From a virus: a DNA stretch of 64,000 nucleotides. Made by a program: the position numbers and the translations under genes. A model generated the notes under the pieces. It searched no databases, was not told the origin of the DNA, and worked only from the letters and a program-made list of their open reading frames with translations. Within the stretch, counting starts at the first letter, position 1, and every line of letters begins with the position of its first letter. The stretch is from positions 12,602 to 76,601 of IMG/VR virus record IMGVR_UViG_3300023110_000024; one strand, 5' to 3'. Positions 39,869 through 48,787 of the stretch are shown in pieces.

Positions 39869-40084
39869 TTAATTCACCTTAACTTCTGTTTCGCTGCCAT
39901 CCCAGTTTGTAAATGGTACGTTACCAGCTCTATTTAAACATATTGGGCTAAATGCTCCGTCAGTTCTATAAAATGGAAATACTGTCAATGATATAAGCCA
40001 ATTGTTGTTAGCTAAATCTATATAATCTATATCATCGTTACCAAAAGTTCCAATATACTCTAGATTAGTTTCTTCTCGGATCAT
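39869..40084 (-). CDS. Small virion protein beginning with a REE-like motif
   Basis: 71 aa coupled to the upstream gene (ATGA overlap); starts MIREETNLEYIGTF. Confidence 0.6.
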   Translation of the reverse strand: MIREETNLEYIGTFGNDDIDYIDLANNNWLISLTVFPFYRTDGAFSPICLNRAGNVPFTNWDGSETEVKVN

Positions 40085-40425
40085 GCTACATCCTCAAGTA
40101 TAGATGCTAGTGCATCTAATGTTGCAAAGTTTGAGTATAGATGTATTTCATCTCCAAGATTCAATACTATTTTTTGTCCTGAAATAATCTTTAGGGTTCC
40201 TTTTACTGGAACTTCTGCATCTTTTACAATATGATATTGGGTACCTGCGCTAACATCATTTAGCAATACAGTAACATTCGCAATGTTTGTACCTACGTTA
40301 GCAATATCTAATTCTAATAAGATTGAATTTACAGGCGTTCCGTTATTGGCAGTATATAATACTGTTGGGTTAGATGGATCAGTTGATATTCCGTTTGTGC
40401 CTGCATTCTTGAAATTATTTGCCAT
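40081..40425 (-). CDS. Small beta-sandwich virion protein (paralog of 46222..46599)
   Basis: MANNFKN...IANV...KIVLNLGDEI...SILE. Confidence 0.7.
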   Translation of the reverse strand: MANNFKNAGTNGISTDPSNPTVLYTANNGTPVNSILLELDIANVGTNIANVTVLLNDVSAGTQYHIVKDAEVPVKGTLKIISGQKIVLNLGDEIHLYSNFATLDALASILEDVA

Positions 40426-40453
40426 TTATAATCCTTATCTCTACTATTATTTA

Positions 40454-43400
40454 TCAACCAAGTGCAATCGCCATCACTAGGGCAAATTCTTCTGTCGCTA
40501 TAGGTAATTCTCTTAGCGTTCCTGTTTCAGCTATTTGAATGTCTTTTGTTGTAATCATTTCTGTAGCGTCAATATTTGTAGCATCAATATCATTTACTAT
40601 AATATCACCTGGTAATCCACTAAATTCTTCAGCTATATTGGTGGCATCTGGGATAAAGGTAAATGCTTGTGCTGATTTGTCCCAACCAAAAAATCCTAGC
40701 TTTGGATCTGTGCCATCGTGCCATTGATATTCAATACCGCGATCCATTGTATCCGCCACTGTTTGTGGCTCGTCTCCGCCCAATGTAAATATTGGATCGT
40801 CAATAGTAACAGTAGTTGAATTGACTGTTGTAGTTGTGCCTTGTACTGTTAAATCTCCACCAACTACTACACTACCAGACACACTCAAGTCATCATCTAC
40901 AATAGTTTGCCCTGTAGCTGAGTCAAGTATGAGATCCATGCTAAGTGTATCTATTTCATTATTTGCTGTTACCGCTATTTGCAAATCTCCTACTGTAAGT
41001 GATCCTGGAATAGATGACCCAAAGTTAAATTCACCATTTCCATCGCTCAATAAAAACAGTCCTTCAGTAGTCAAAGGATCATTTGTTACAGTATCTAAAT
41101 CTACCATTAGTCTCAACTCAGGATAGATAAAATCATAAGTTGCATCGCCATTTGACACTAACATTAATCCTGGTATGGCTGTCGATGAAGGCGGTAGTAA
41201 TGGATTGATTGGGTCTGCGTATGTCCTATCTGCTTTGACAGTAGTTCCAACGGATTGTGTTACAGTAGTATTGACATCATACATATTATCAAGTCTAGTC
41301 ATCCAATCTGATGGATTTCTAAAGTTGAATCCACCCATTCCATCAGTAGTTAATACAAGACCCATTACAGTTTGATAGTCATCAATACCATCAGGTGTAA
41401 AGTCAATATCAGTTAGCCCAACAAGTGTTTTTGTAATAAGAGTGTTTGGTTCTACAAAATTATACGCACCTCCGCCTCGGCTTGTTAGAACATAGTCAGC
41501 GTTGGTTGCGTCTGTAAAATCTACATCAGTTGCGTATTCAAGTTCTTGATCTACAAATTTATAATAAGGATCTGTTGCGTTACCAGTGCCTGTAGATATC
41601 ATAATCTTATTAGCAGTAGTCTTTGGATCATTAGTAATTGTATCTACGTCTGGTAAGTTATTGAACTCGTTGAATGTGCTAAAATGATATGTTCCGTCAC
41701 CCTTACTTGTCAATACCAAATTAGGAACAATGTCTGGATTATTTGTTGAAGCGTCTAAGTTACGCAGGTTTTGAATGCGTGGCTCAGCCTCTTTGAACAT
41801 ATAAGTTCCATTTGTTCCAGTGCTTGTTAGCACAAGGTTCTCTGTTGTTTTAGGATTATTAGTTGTGTCATCTATATCAACTAAAAAGTCTAAAGTAGGA
41901 AACTTGAAGCTATATGTTTCATCTCCGTCTGTTACAAATACTAGATTAGGTGTAGTAGTTGGGGCATAAGTTGTGCCTGTTACAGGATGAACTGTAGTGT
42001 CATAATCAAAGTCTTCCCATCGTCTGTTGAACAAGTTGTTAGCAATATCTTTAAAGCTAAAAGTGCCATTACCGTTACTTGCTAGTACCCAATTTATCTC
42101 GCTGCCAGCAGTTGTTCCATTTGTAACATCCTGTAATGTTCTCATCAAAGGTTGTATAAATGAGAAGTTATCACTACCGTCTGTAATCATTATATAGCCA
42201 GCACCAGCGCCTGTAGTTGTTACTGAAGCAAATGAATCAAAGTCTAGTCTTTTGAATCCAAATGTGCCATCGCCACGTGATGTCATAACTAAATCATCTA
42301 CGTTACGTGGATCATTAGTTAGTGTATCAACATCTTCTGTAGTTTTTAGAAGTGGCTGTTTAAAGCTATAAGTTCCGTCTCCGTCGCTTGCCAAACTCCA
42401 ATTATTTTGTGTGCTGTTAGCATAATCAATATTCAATAAATGATTGAAGTTTATATTTTCAAATGTATAATTACCCGCTGTATCACTCATTAATACAGTG
42501 TTTGGTGTTACAGCATTGCCTACATTTACATCGTCTAGTCTAGCTACAGATGGCATTTCAAATTGGAAGTTACCTGCGCCTGTGACAGTTAATACTGCTC
42601 CTATAGCATTATCATTGACTGGGTTCCAGCCTACAATATAATCTGTAAGTATGTTAGGAAGTTGGAATTCATATTGATCTGAACCCATTCCTAAACTTGT
42701 AAGAACTAGTCCTTGTGTAGTAATAGGATCTAGTGCAGTTGGTGTTTGTACAACATCTAATAGTCCTCTTACAGTCTCAATAGGCTCTACAAATTCGCAT
42801 ATACCTGCTGCGGTTGTTTTTAGAATTAGATTTGGTGTTCTGAATGTTGTAGCATCTACATTTACATCTTCTAATACTTCCAAGCGTCTTTGTACTGCTT
42901 TCCATTCGTAGTTTGTTCCTGTGCTAGTTAGCACTAAATCAGGACCAATACTTGTGGACCAATCAATGTTTGTGATAGTTCCTGTAGGTGAAAAATCTAC
43001 AGTTGCTCGTTGCCAATCATACTCGCTACCGCCTTTGGAAGTTAGCACTAACCCTGGCATTGACTGTGGAGTGTTAGTAGCAAAATCTATGCTAGTAACT
43101 TGATTGAAGTCTGCATATTCCCAACGGAATGATTGAACTCCTGTTGTAGAATCAATGTGTGATGTTAGATGAACTCCGTCTGTTGCGTATGGATTTGTAG
43201 TAGCCCAGTCAATTAAGTTGATGCCAGTAGGGGCAAAATCAACAGTAGGAACTCTCCAATTATAAGTTTCATCACCGTTAGATGTCATTACTAATCCGTC
43301 AATATTGTGCGGATCATTTGTAACAAAATCTATATTATATAAGTCGTTAAAGTCAGCAAAGGACCATCGAAATGAGTGTGCGCCAGTATTAGGATCAATA

Positions 43401-44296
43401 TAAGATGATAAATGTAATCCTGAGAATGTATAAGGATCATTAGTAATCCAATCAAGTCCTGTTATGTCTTTCAAATCACTTGAGGGTGTTTGCCAAGTAA
43501 ATTCATTTGGGTTAGGCCCTGATGTTAAAACTTTTCCTGCTGTTGTAAGAGGATCGTTTGTGTACCAATCAATCCCTGTTAAGTTAGTAAATTCTGAAGT
43601 AGGAACTTGGAATTGATATAACCCGCTGCCAATAGTTGTAAGCACAAGTCCAGGTGTAACTGTTGGATCTGGTGAGGCTCCCCATACAATGCTAGTAAGG
43701 TTATTGAAGTCTGCTGTTGGTATTTGGAAATTGAATCCGCCTACTCCATCTGTAGTTAGAACAAGTCCTGGAGTGTCTGTTGGATCATTTTCTTTTAGTA
43801 TATCCTGTGCTTCAAGGCTTACATCAAATAATTTTTTTAGTTCTGGTTGTTGCCATTCCCATATACCTGTTCCAACATCTGTTAGAACAAATCCGTTGTT
43901 ACCTGCTGTTGTATGATCTATATCTTTTAGATGAGAAAATAATGTATCTCTAAAACTATAAGTTCCGTCACCATCACTAATCAATACAGTGTCTGTGATA
44001 GCAGCATTAGAAAAATCAATATCAACTAATTCATCTAATTGCATATTGAGCGAAGAGGTAGGAACAAATCTAAATGTTTCGTCACCTTGAGATTGTAACA
44101 ATAATAAAGGAGTTACTTTTGCGTCATCTCTATTAGGAATGTCATATAAATGCTCAATAGCATTTATAGGTTCCATTGTAGAGAATGAATTTATAACCTC
44201 GCCTGTTTCAGATAATGTTACGGAAGACTGATCTCCATAAGCGAATTTTAAGTGATTGTCATTATCTAAAGATACCGACCATTTATTTTTTGCCAT
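40454..44296 (-). CDS. Large repetitive fibre protein (1280 aa)
   Basis: Many LxDID...TNDP...LVLTSxGDGTYxF repeats; shared DRGIEY domain; ends EFALVMAIALG. Confidence 0.8.
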   Translation of the reverse strand: MAKNKWSVSLDNDNHLKFAYGDQSSVTLSETGEVINSFSTMEPINAIEHLYDIPNRDDAKVTPLLLLQSQGDETFRFVPTSSLNMQLDELVDIDFSNAAITDTVLISDGDGTYSFRDTLFSHLKDIDHTTAGNNGFVLTDVGTGIWEWQQPELKKLFDVSLEAQDILKENDPTDTPGLVLTTDGVGGFNFQIPTADFNNLTSIVWGASPDPTVTPGLVLTTIGSGLYQFQVPTSEFTNLTGIDWYTNDPLTTAGKVLTSGPNPNEFTWQTPSSDLKDITGLDWITNDPYTFSGLHLSSYIDPNTGAHSFRWSFADFNDLYNIDFVTNDPHNIDGLVMTSNGDETYNWRVPTVDFAPTGINLIDWATTNPYATDGVHLTSHIDSTTGVQSFRWEYADFNQVTSIDFATNTPQSMPGLVLTSKGGSEYDWQRATVDFSPTGTITNIDWSTSIGPDLVLTSTGTNYEWKAVQRRLEVLEDVNVDATTFRTPNLILKTTAAGICEFVEPIETVRGLLDVVQTPTALDPITTQGLVLTSLGMGSDQYEFQLPNILTDYIVGWNPVNDNAIGAVLTVTGAGNFQFEMPSVARLDDVNVGNAVTPNTVLMSDTAGNYTFENINFNHLLNIDYANSTQNNWSLASDGDGTYSFKQPLLKTTEDVDTLTNDPRNVDDLVMTSRGDGTFGFKRLDFDSFASVTTTGAGAGYIMITDGSDNFSFIQPLMRTLQDVTNGTTAGSEINWVLASNGNGTFSFKDIANNLFNRRWEDFDYDTTVHPVTGTTYAPTTTPNLVFVTDGDETYSFKFPTLDFLVDIDDTTNNPKTTENLVLTSTGTNGTYMFKEAEPRIQNLRNLDASTNNPDIVPNLVLTSKGDGTYHFSTFNEFNNLPDVDTITNDPKTTANKIMISTGTGNATDPYYKFVDQELEYATDVDFTDATNADYVLTSRGGGAYNFVEPNTLITKTLVGLTDIDFTPDGIDDYQTVMGLVLTTDGMGGFNFRNPSDWMTRLDNMYDVNTTVTQSVGTTVKADRTYADPINPLLPPSSTAIPGLMLVSNGDATYDFIYPELRLMVDLDTVTNDPLTTEGLFLLSDGNGEFNFGSSIPGSLTVGDLQIAVTANNEIDTLSMDLILDSATGQTIVDDDLSVSGSVVVGGDLTVQGTTTTVNSTTVTIDDPIFTLGGDEPQTVADTMDRGIEYQWHDGTDPKLGFFGWDKSAQAFTFIPDATNIAEEFSGLPGDIIVNDIDATNIDATEMITTKDIQIAETGTLRELPIATEEFALVMAIALG

Positions 44297-44308
44297 TCAT
44301 CATTCCTC

Positions 44309-46222
44309 TTATATAATTCCAGTAACTGTTTTCTGATTTAGATATATCAGTGTAATTCTCAAGTTATTGACATCAAAGTCAAAGTCTATCTTTATTGTTC
44401 CATCAGGATTTCTTATTTTGGTAACTGCGGCTGTATTAAGTGGTTCAGCAAATTGTATAAAGGTACCTGTTCTTCTTACAAGTCCGTTACCTCTACCTTT
44501 GCCAGTAATTTCGTGAATGTAAAATGCTCCACTACCGTTGCCTCCTAATATATCATCTTCTTCATATGCGCCTACAATAGCAAACTCGCCATCAGCAGCC
44601 AATGAGGATCCATATCTATCATTATCTCCGCTACCTATTACATTTGGATTTAGAATATCATTAATTCGTTCACCATCTGCTGTGTCAAATACATAAACTC
44701 GTCCAGTATCAGTTATGCCAGCAATATCTTCTTGATGAGCTGATGCCATAAAGAAATAATCTGAAACTGCAACCTTATAACCAAAAAAGTCGTTTGCGTC
44801 TGGCACATATGCATTTGGATTTACTATCTCGTATATTGGAACATTAGGCCTATGTCCTTTGATATCATAAATATAAATCCTACCTGATCCAGCTCCAGTA
44901 GGTGTCTCATAATTTGGAGCACCAATAATGGCAAATTCATTTGACATATCCATTGACAAACCAAACATATCTGTGTTATTATTATTTGGGTTGTTAATTG
45001 TAAATAAGTGATCGCCAGTAGCAACTTCAAATACATATACTGCATCTTGTGTATGTGTTCCTACCATAACATATACATCATTTATAGATACCACATCACC
45101 AAAGTCTTGTCCTGTTGCTACTGGATTTTCTAATATCCAACGCGGTTTTGACAAGTCTGCCAAATCATATATGTATGCTTTGCCAGTAGGGTCTGCTTTA
45201 GGAGCGCCTACTACTAAATGAGTTTCTGATAGAGCTACACTATACCCAAACCAATCCTCAGCATCTCCAATGGATATATCTGGATTAGTAAGAGTGTTAG
45301 TCGGGGCTCCTGTCATTGCTGTGAGGCTATAAACATATGCTCTACCTGATTTGTTCCCCGTAGCTACTGCATCATCATCTCTCCAAGATCCAATAGCAAC
45401 CCAATTACTGTTTATTGCTACGCTAGCTCCAAAGTGATCGTCTTGTGCATCACCCACTGCTCTTGGATTGACTATTTTTTGTATTTGTGTTCCTGTTGAG
45501 TCATATAGATATGCAGATCCAGCACTTGCTTCACCCGATGCTGATGCTTCTTTAGGGGCGCCTATAATGCTAATACCGTTAGCAACATCTGCCGAGTACC
45601 CAAAGTTATAGCCTACCATGCCTGGTGTTGGGTTAGGTACTTGTGCTGTTGTCGTAACAGTAGTTGTATAGTTAGCTACAAATATTGTCTCTTCATCTGA
45701 GTTTCCAGATCCTAATACTGTAAAGTCTGTATTACCAGTTTGAATAATCTGATATTCAACACCTTTTACAATTCTATTAGCAGAGACTTCTTCGCCTATT
45801 CCTACTTCTGTTGGATTGCTAATAAAAGTATAATCTTGATTTGGTGTAAAGAATCTTTGATCGACAAACACCAATGTATTGTTTGGATCTAGTTCGTTAT
45901 CGCCATCATCAAGTATATCAGTTAGTGGTCCAAACATTACATCTTGTTTATCAAATCCACTATAGAATACTTCGTTGGTGATAAAAGTTGGTTGATCATA
46001 TCCGTTTAGCCTCCATACACCATCTTGGAAGAACTCAAAGTTCATTAAGTCTGTATTATAACGAACGTATCCTTCAACACCTATTGGACGCTCTGCTGTA
46101 GTGCCTCTTGGTACAAGCATTACAGTTCCATCAAATGAGGTGATTTGGGTTAATGGATCATACTTCAATCCTTTACCTGTAATAACACGAGCATTTGTTG
46201 TTTGATTTTTGATTAGTCTCAT
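44309..46222 (-). CDS. Virion protein with an FG-GAP beta-propeller
   Basis: N-terminal VPRGTTAERP...YVRYNTD motif followed by seven FG...IIGAP-type repeats. Confidence 0.8.
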   Translation of the reverse strand: MRLIKNQTTNARVITGKGLKYDPLTQITSFDGTVMLVPRGTTAERPIGVEGYVRYNTDLMNFEFFQDGVWRLNGYDQPTFITNEVFYSGFDKQDVMFGPLTDILDDGDNELDPNNTLVFVDQRFFTPNQDYTFISNPTEVGIGEEVSANRIVKGVEYQIIQTGNTDFTVLGSGNSDEETIFVANYTTTVTTTAQVPNPTPGMVGYNFGYSADVANGISIIGAPKEASASGEASAGSAYLYDSTGTQIQKIVNPRAVGDAQDDHFGASVAINSNWVAIGSWRDDDAVATGNKSGRAYVYSLTAMTGAPTNTLTNPDISIGDAEDWFGYSVALSETHLVVGAPKADPTGKAYIYDLADLSKPRWILENPVATGQDFGDVVSINDVYVMVGTHTQDAVYVFEVATGDHLFTINNPNNNNTDMFGLSMDMSNEFAIIGAPNYETPTGAGSGRIYIYDIKGHRPNVPIYEIVNPNAYVPDANDFFGYKVAVSDYFFMASAHQEDIAGITDTGRVYVFDTADGERINDILNPNVIGSGDNDRYGSSLAADGEFAIVGAYEEDDILGGNGSGAFYIHEITGKGRGNGLVRRTGTFIQFAEPLNTAAVTKIRNPDGTIKIDFDFDVNNLRITLIYLNQKTVTGII

Positions 46223-46599
46223 TATACTTCCAAATAGCTTATCATCACACCTAAATCTGTTAACATCTGGTTACCAGGAACTAAACTAGGGTCGTCTAGT
46301 ACGCCGGGTTGAGAAAATAAAACAACTTTATCACCTTCACCTAATACAATCTTTTCCGTATCAAATGTAAAAGTTTCTTCAGGAGCTAAAGTAAGATTAT
46401 TGATAACTTTGGTAGCATTTGGATCATTTTGCCCAGCACTAACTGGATCGCCTGCTCCAACAATATGCAAATCAAAACTTGAACTTTCAGTTGAGTTATT
46501 ATTACATACCGTAATAGTTGTAACTGCCAGAGTTTGTCCTGGTTGTGCAACTAATAATTCCAAATTCTCATTTCTTAATCTAACACTCTTAACCGCCAT
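46222..46599 (-). CDS. Small beta-sandwich virion protein (paralog of 40081..40425)
   Basis: AVTTITVCN...EKIVLGEGDKV...ISYLEV. Confidence 0.7.
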   Translation of the reverse strand: MAVKSVRLRNENLELLVAQPGQTLAVTTITVCNNNSTESSSFDLHIVGAGDPVSAGQNDPNATKVINNLTLAPEETFTFDTEKIVLGEGDKVVLFSQPGVLDDPSLVPGNQMLTDLGVMISYLEV

Positions 46600-46608
46600 A
46601 TTTTATCC

Positions 46609-47637
46609 TTAAAAAAGCATACTAAAAATCAGTGAACGATTCCTGCTTATAATCTCATCTCTTGTTTCATGTCTGTTCACGTAGTATATTCCTGTGTCAC
46701 CTGGTCCTTCCTCTGAGGTATATAATCTTACACCTTCTGTGGGTCTTGTTGGTGTATTACCAGGTACTATTTCTTGTATTTCTATAACGTGATCCACTAC
46801 AACTACACCACCGTTTATGGCAGTTAGTTCTAAATTGCCTCCTGCCATAGCAGGGTGAATATTATTTTCAGTAAATTGCAATCCTCTTGTAGTAATGTGA
46901 TCGTTGTCAAATGTCATTTTAAGATCACCATCTACAGTAACTTCAACTCTGCTTGGATCGCCATCAAAGTCAAAATCATACGCAATGACTGAAGTATCGT
47001 AAGTAGAAATAATACTACCTGTGCCAATATTAGCAAAGGCATAATACATATAATCTACTAGAGCACGAACATTAGGAATATTATCATCATCAAGAATGGC
47101 GTCATTGCCATTATCAACAATATCAGCACCCACGTAATTGAAACACTTTCGTTCATAATCAATGCTATTAGTAACACTGATAACTTCGTTACCAACATCG
47201 ATAAAAAGTGTTCCAGGCGATTTAATACCATTGATATAAATTGGTAGCGTACCATATCCAAGATCCTCAAATCTAAAAGTTCCTTGTCCTTTATCGCCTC
47301 CCATTTCCCAAGCAATAGCTTCATCCCAAACCATTCTTACTCGAGATCCGTTGAACCCTCTATCAATCTCAATACCTGATTGTCCTTCAAGAACTGTGCT
47401 AATTCCTGATCCATCTTTGTATTTGTTTAGCACAATGATATTATCATTAATATCTAAATCTGTTGAGTTGATTGTAGTAGTTTTACCTTTTACTTCTAAC
47501 TGTCCATTGATAATAACTTTACCAATAAGCTCGTTATCCGTATTGACTTGTCCTCTAGATGTATCTAGAATAATATGTTCACCAGGTTCAACCTTAACAA
47601 TGTAATTACCGTTTTCTACATTTAATACTTTTGACAT
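46609..47637 (-). CDS. Virion structural/fibre-base protein
   Basis: GKTTTINSTDLDINDNIIVLN...GIEIDRG variant of the shared fibre domain; hydrophobic C-terminus SLIFSMLF. Confidence 0.65.
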   Translation of the reverse strand: MSKVLNVENGNYIVKVEPGEHIILDTSRGQVNTDNELIGKVIINGQLEVKGKTTTINSTDLDINDNIIVLNKYKDGSGISTVLEGQSGIEIDRGFNGSRVRMVWDEAIAWEMGGDKGQGTFRFEDLGYGTLPIYINGIKSPGTLFIDVGNEVISVTNSIDYERKCFNYVGADIVDNGNDAILDDDNIPNVRALVDYMYYAFANIGTGSIISTYDTSVIAYDFDFDGDPSRVEVTVDGDLKMTFDNDHITTRGLQFTENNIHPAMAGGNLELTAINGGVVVVDHVIEIQEIVPGNTPTRPTEGVRLYTSEEGPGDTGIYYVNRHETRDEIISRNRSLIFSMLF

Positions 47638-47682
47638 ATTTGGTCCTATAATAGGGAGACTTCCTCCCTAATATAATATTTA

Positions 47683-48183
47683 TTAGAGCTTATCTTCTTC
47701 TACTTGTGCTTCCATTTTTACAGGCTCAGACTCTTCAGATGATCTTGTAACCTTTTCTTTGATTTGCTCAAACATTGTTTTCTCTTCTTTTTTAGCCGCT
47801 GGTGCTGGCTTTGGTTCAGCTTTTGCGTTTGGTGCTGTAAATCCTGGATTAGTATCAAAGCTCCAAGGTTGTCGAGTTCCGTGGAGTTTTGGGTCAGAGG
47901 AAACAATAGTCATTACTTTATTTTTGAGTGTGCCAACTTGTACTAGTGATCCGTCTTTTAGTTTGACATTAATAATCATCTGTCCTTCTGTTAGTGAGCT
48001 CATTTGTCGAACTTCATTTTGGACTAGATGGCATACTGCTCGATTTCCGTTAGCGTCTTGACATCTAAATTTACGATTCCCAATCTTTCGAATGATCCAT
48101 CCTTGAACGCTCTCTTGTCCATTGTGGAATTGACATTTGATTGGGTTGTCTGCTAGCTTTGATACGCCTAGTGGGCCTGACAT
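47683..48183 (-). CDS. Hypothetical late (virion) protein
   Basis: 166 aa with its own TAAATA, leader hairpin and AGGAG. Confidence 0.6.
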   Translation of the reverse strand: MSGPLGVSKLADNPIKCQFHNGQESVQGWIIRKIGNRKFRCQDANGNRAVCHLVQNEVRQMSSLTEGQMIINVKLKDGSLVQVGTLKNKVMTIVSSDPKLHGTRQPWSFDTNPGFTAPNAKAEPKPAPAAKKEEKTMFEQIKEKVTRSSEESEPVKMEAQVEEDKL

Positions 48184-48267
48184 TTTTTTCTCCTAATATA
48201 GATATTATGACTCATCACCATAATGAGTCATAATGTGTTACTGTATTTAGCCGTATATTAGAAATGA

Positions 48268-48405
48268 TTATTTTGTTTTTTTGTGAGGTTGAGGTTTGAG
48301 TTGTTGTTTTGCCCAGTTAGGCAAGTCTTTGTAGCGGTACTGAGTCATACCAATTGTGTCATTTTCGTCTAGGTTCCATTCGGGTAGAGGATCAGGTTGT
48401 TCCAT
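48268..48405 (-). CDS. Small hypothetical ORF (45 aa), not in the ORF track
   Basis: MEQPDPLPEWNLDENDTIGMTQYRYKDLPNWAKQQLKPQPHKKTK; overlaps the iscU end and fills the gap. Confidence 0.4.
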   Translation of the reverse strand: MEQPDPLPEWNLDENDTIGMTQYRYKDLPNWAKQQLKPQPHKKTK

Positions 48406-48787
48406 TTTCAGTGCATTGCTTTCTTCTATAGTCGTCTATTGCTTGTTTGATGGCGTCTTCTGCCAGTACAGAGCAATGAATTTTTACTGGAGGTAGAGAG
48501 AGTTCGTCAACTATGTGTGTGTTTTTGATTTCCAACGCCTCGTCCACTGTCTTACCTTTAATCCATTCTGTAGCTAGGCTTGAGGATGCAATCGCAGATC
48601 CACATCCAAAGGTTTTGAACTTTGCGTCAGTTATTTTTCCGTCTTCAACTTGTATTTGTAGCTTCATCACATCTCCGCACTCTGGTGCTCCTACTAGGCC
48701 TGTGCCTACATTAGGTGCGGTTTTGTCTAGAGATCCGACGTTGCGTGGGTTGTCGTAGTGATCAATTACGCCTGTTGAGTATGCCAT
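48392..48787 (-). CDS. iscU: Fe-S cluster scaffold protein IscU
   Basis: VIDHYDNPRNVG, GAPECGDVMKLQI, FKTFGCGSAIASSS and LPPVKIHCSVLAEDAIK; all three Cys, the Asp, the His and the LPPVK chaperone motif are intact. Confidence 0.97.
   Translation of the reverse strand: MAYSTGVIDHYDNPRNVGSLDKTAPNVGTGLVGAPECGDVMKLQIQVEDGKITDAKFKTFGCGSAIASSSLATEWIKGKTVDEALEIKNTHIVDELSLPPVKIHCSVLAEDAIKQAIDDYRRKQCTENGTT

Noticed and set aside
26420-40840. Repeated fibre segments as DGR template/variable repeats
   Set aside because: All copies are inside coding genes, the differences I compared are not adenine-specific, and no reverse transcriptase is in the window
27825-46222. FG-GAP and Kelch genes as direct eukaryotic acquisitions
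   Set aside because: Both repeat families are widespread in bacteria and phages; these copies sit in the fibre block, mostly carry phage fibre modules, and match local base composition
48204-48234. TGACTCA/TGAGTCA as a eukaryotic AP-1 site
   Set aside because: These are simply the two arms of an inverted repeat in a bacteriophage leader
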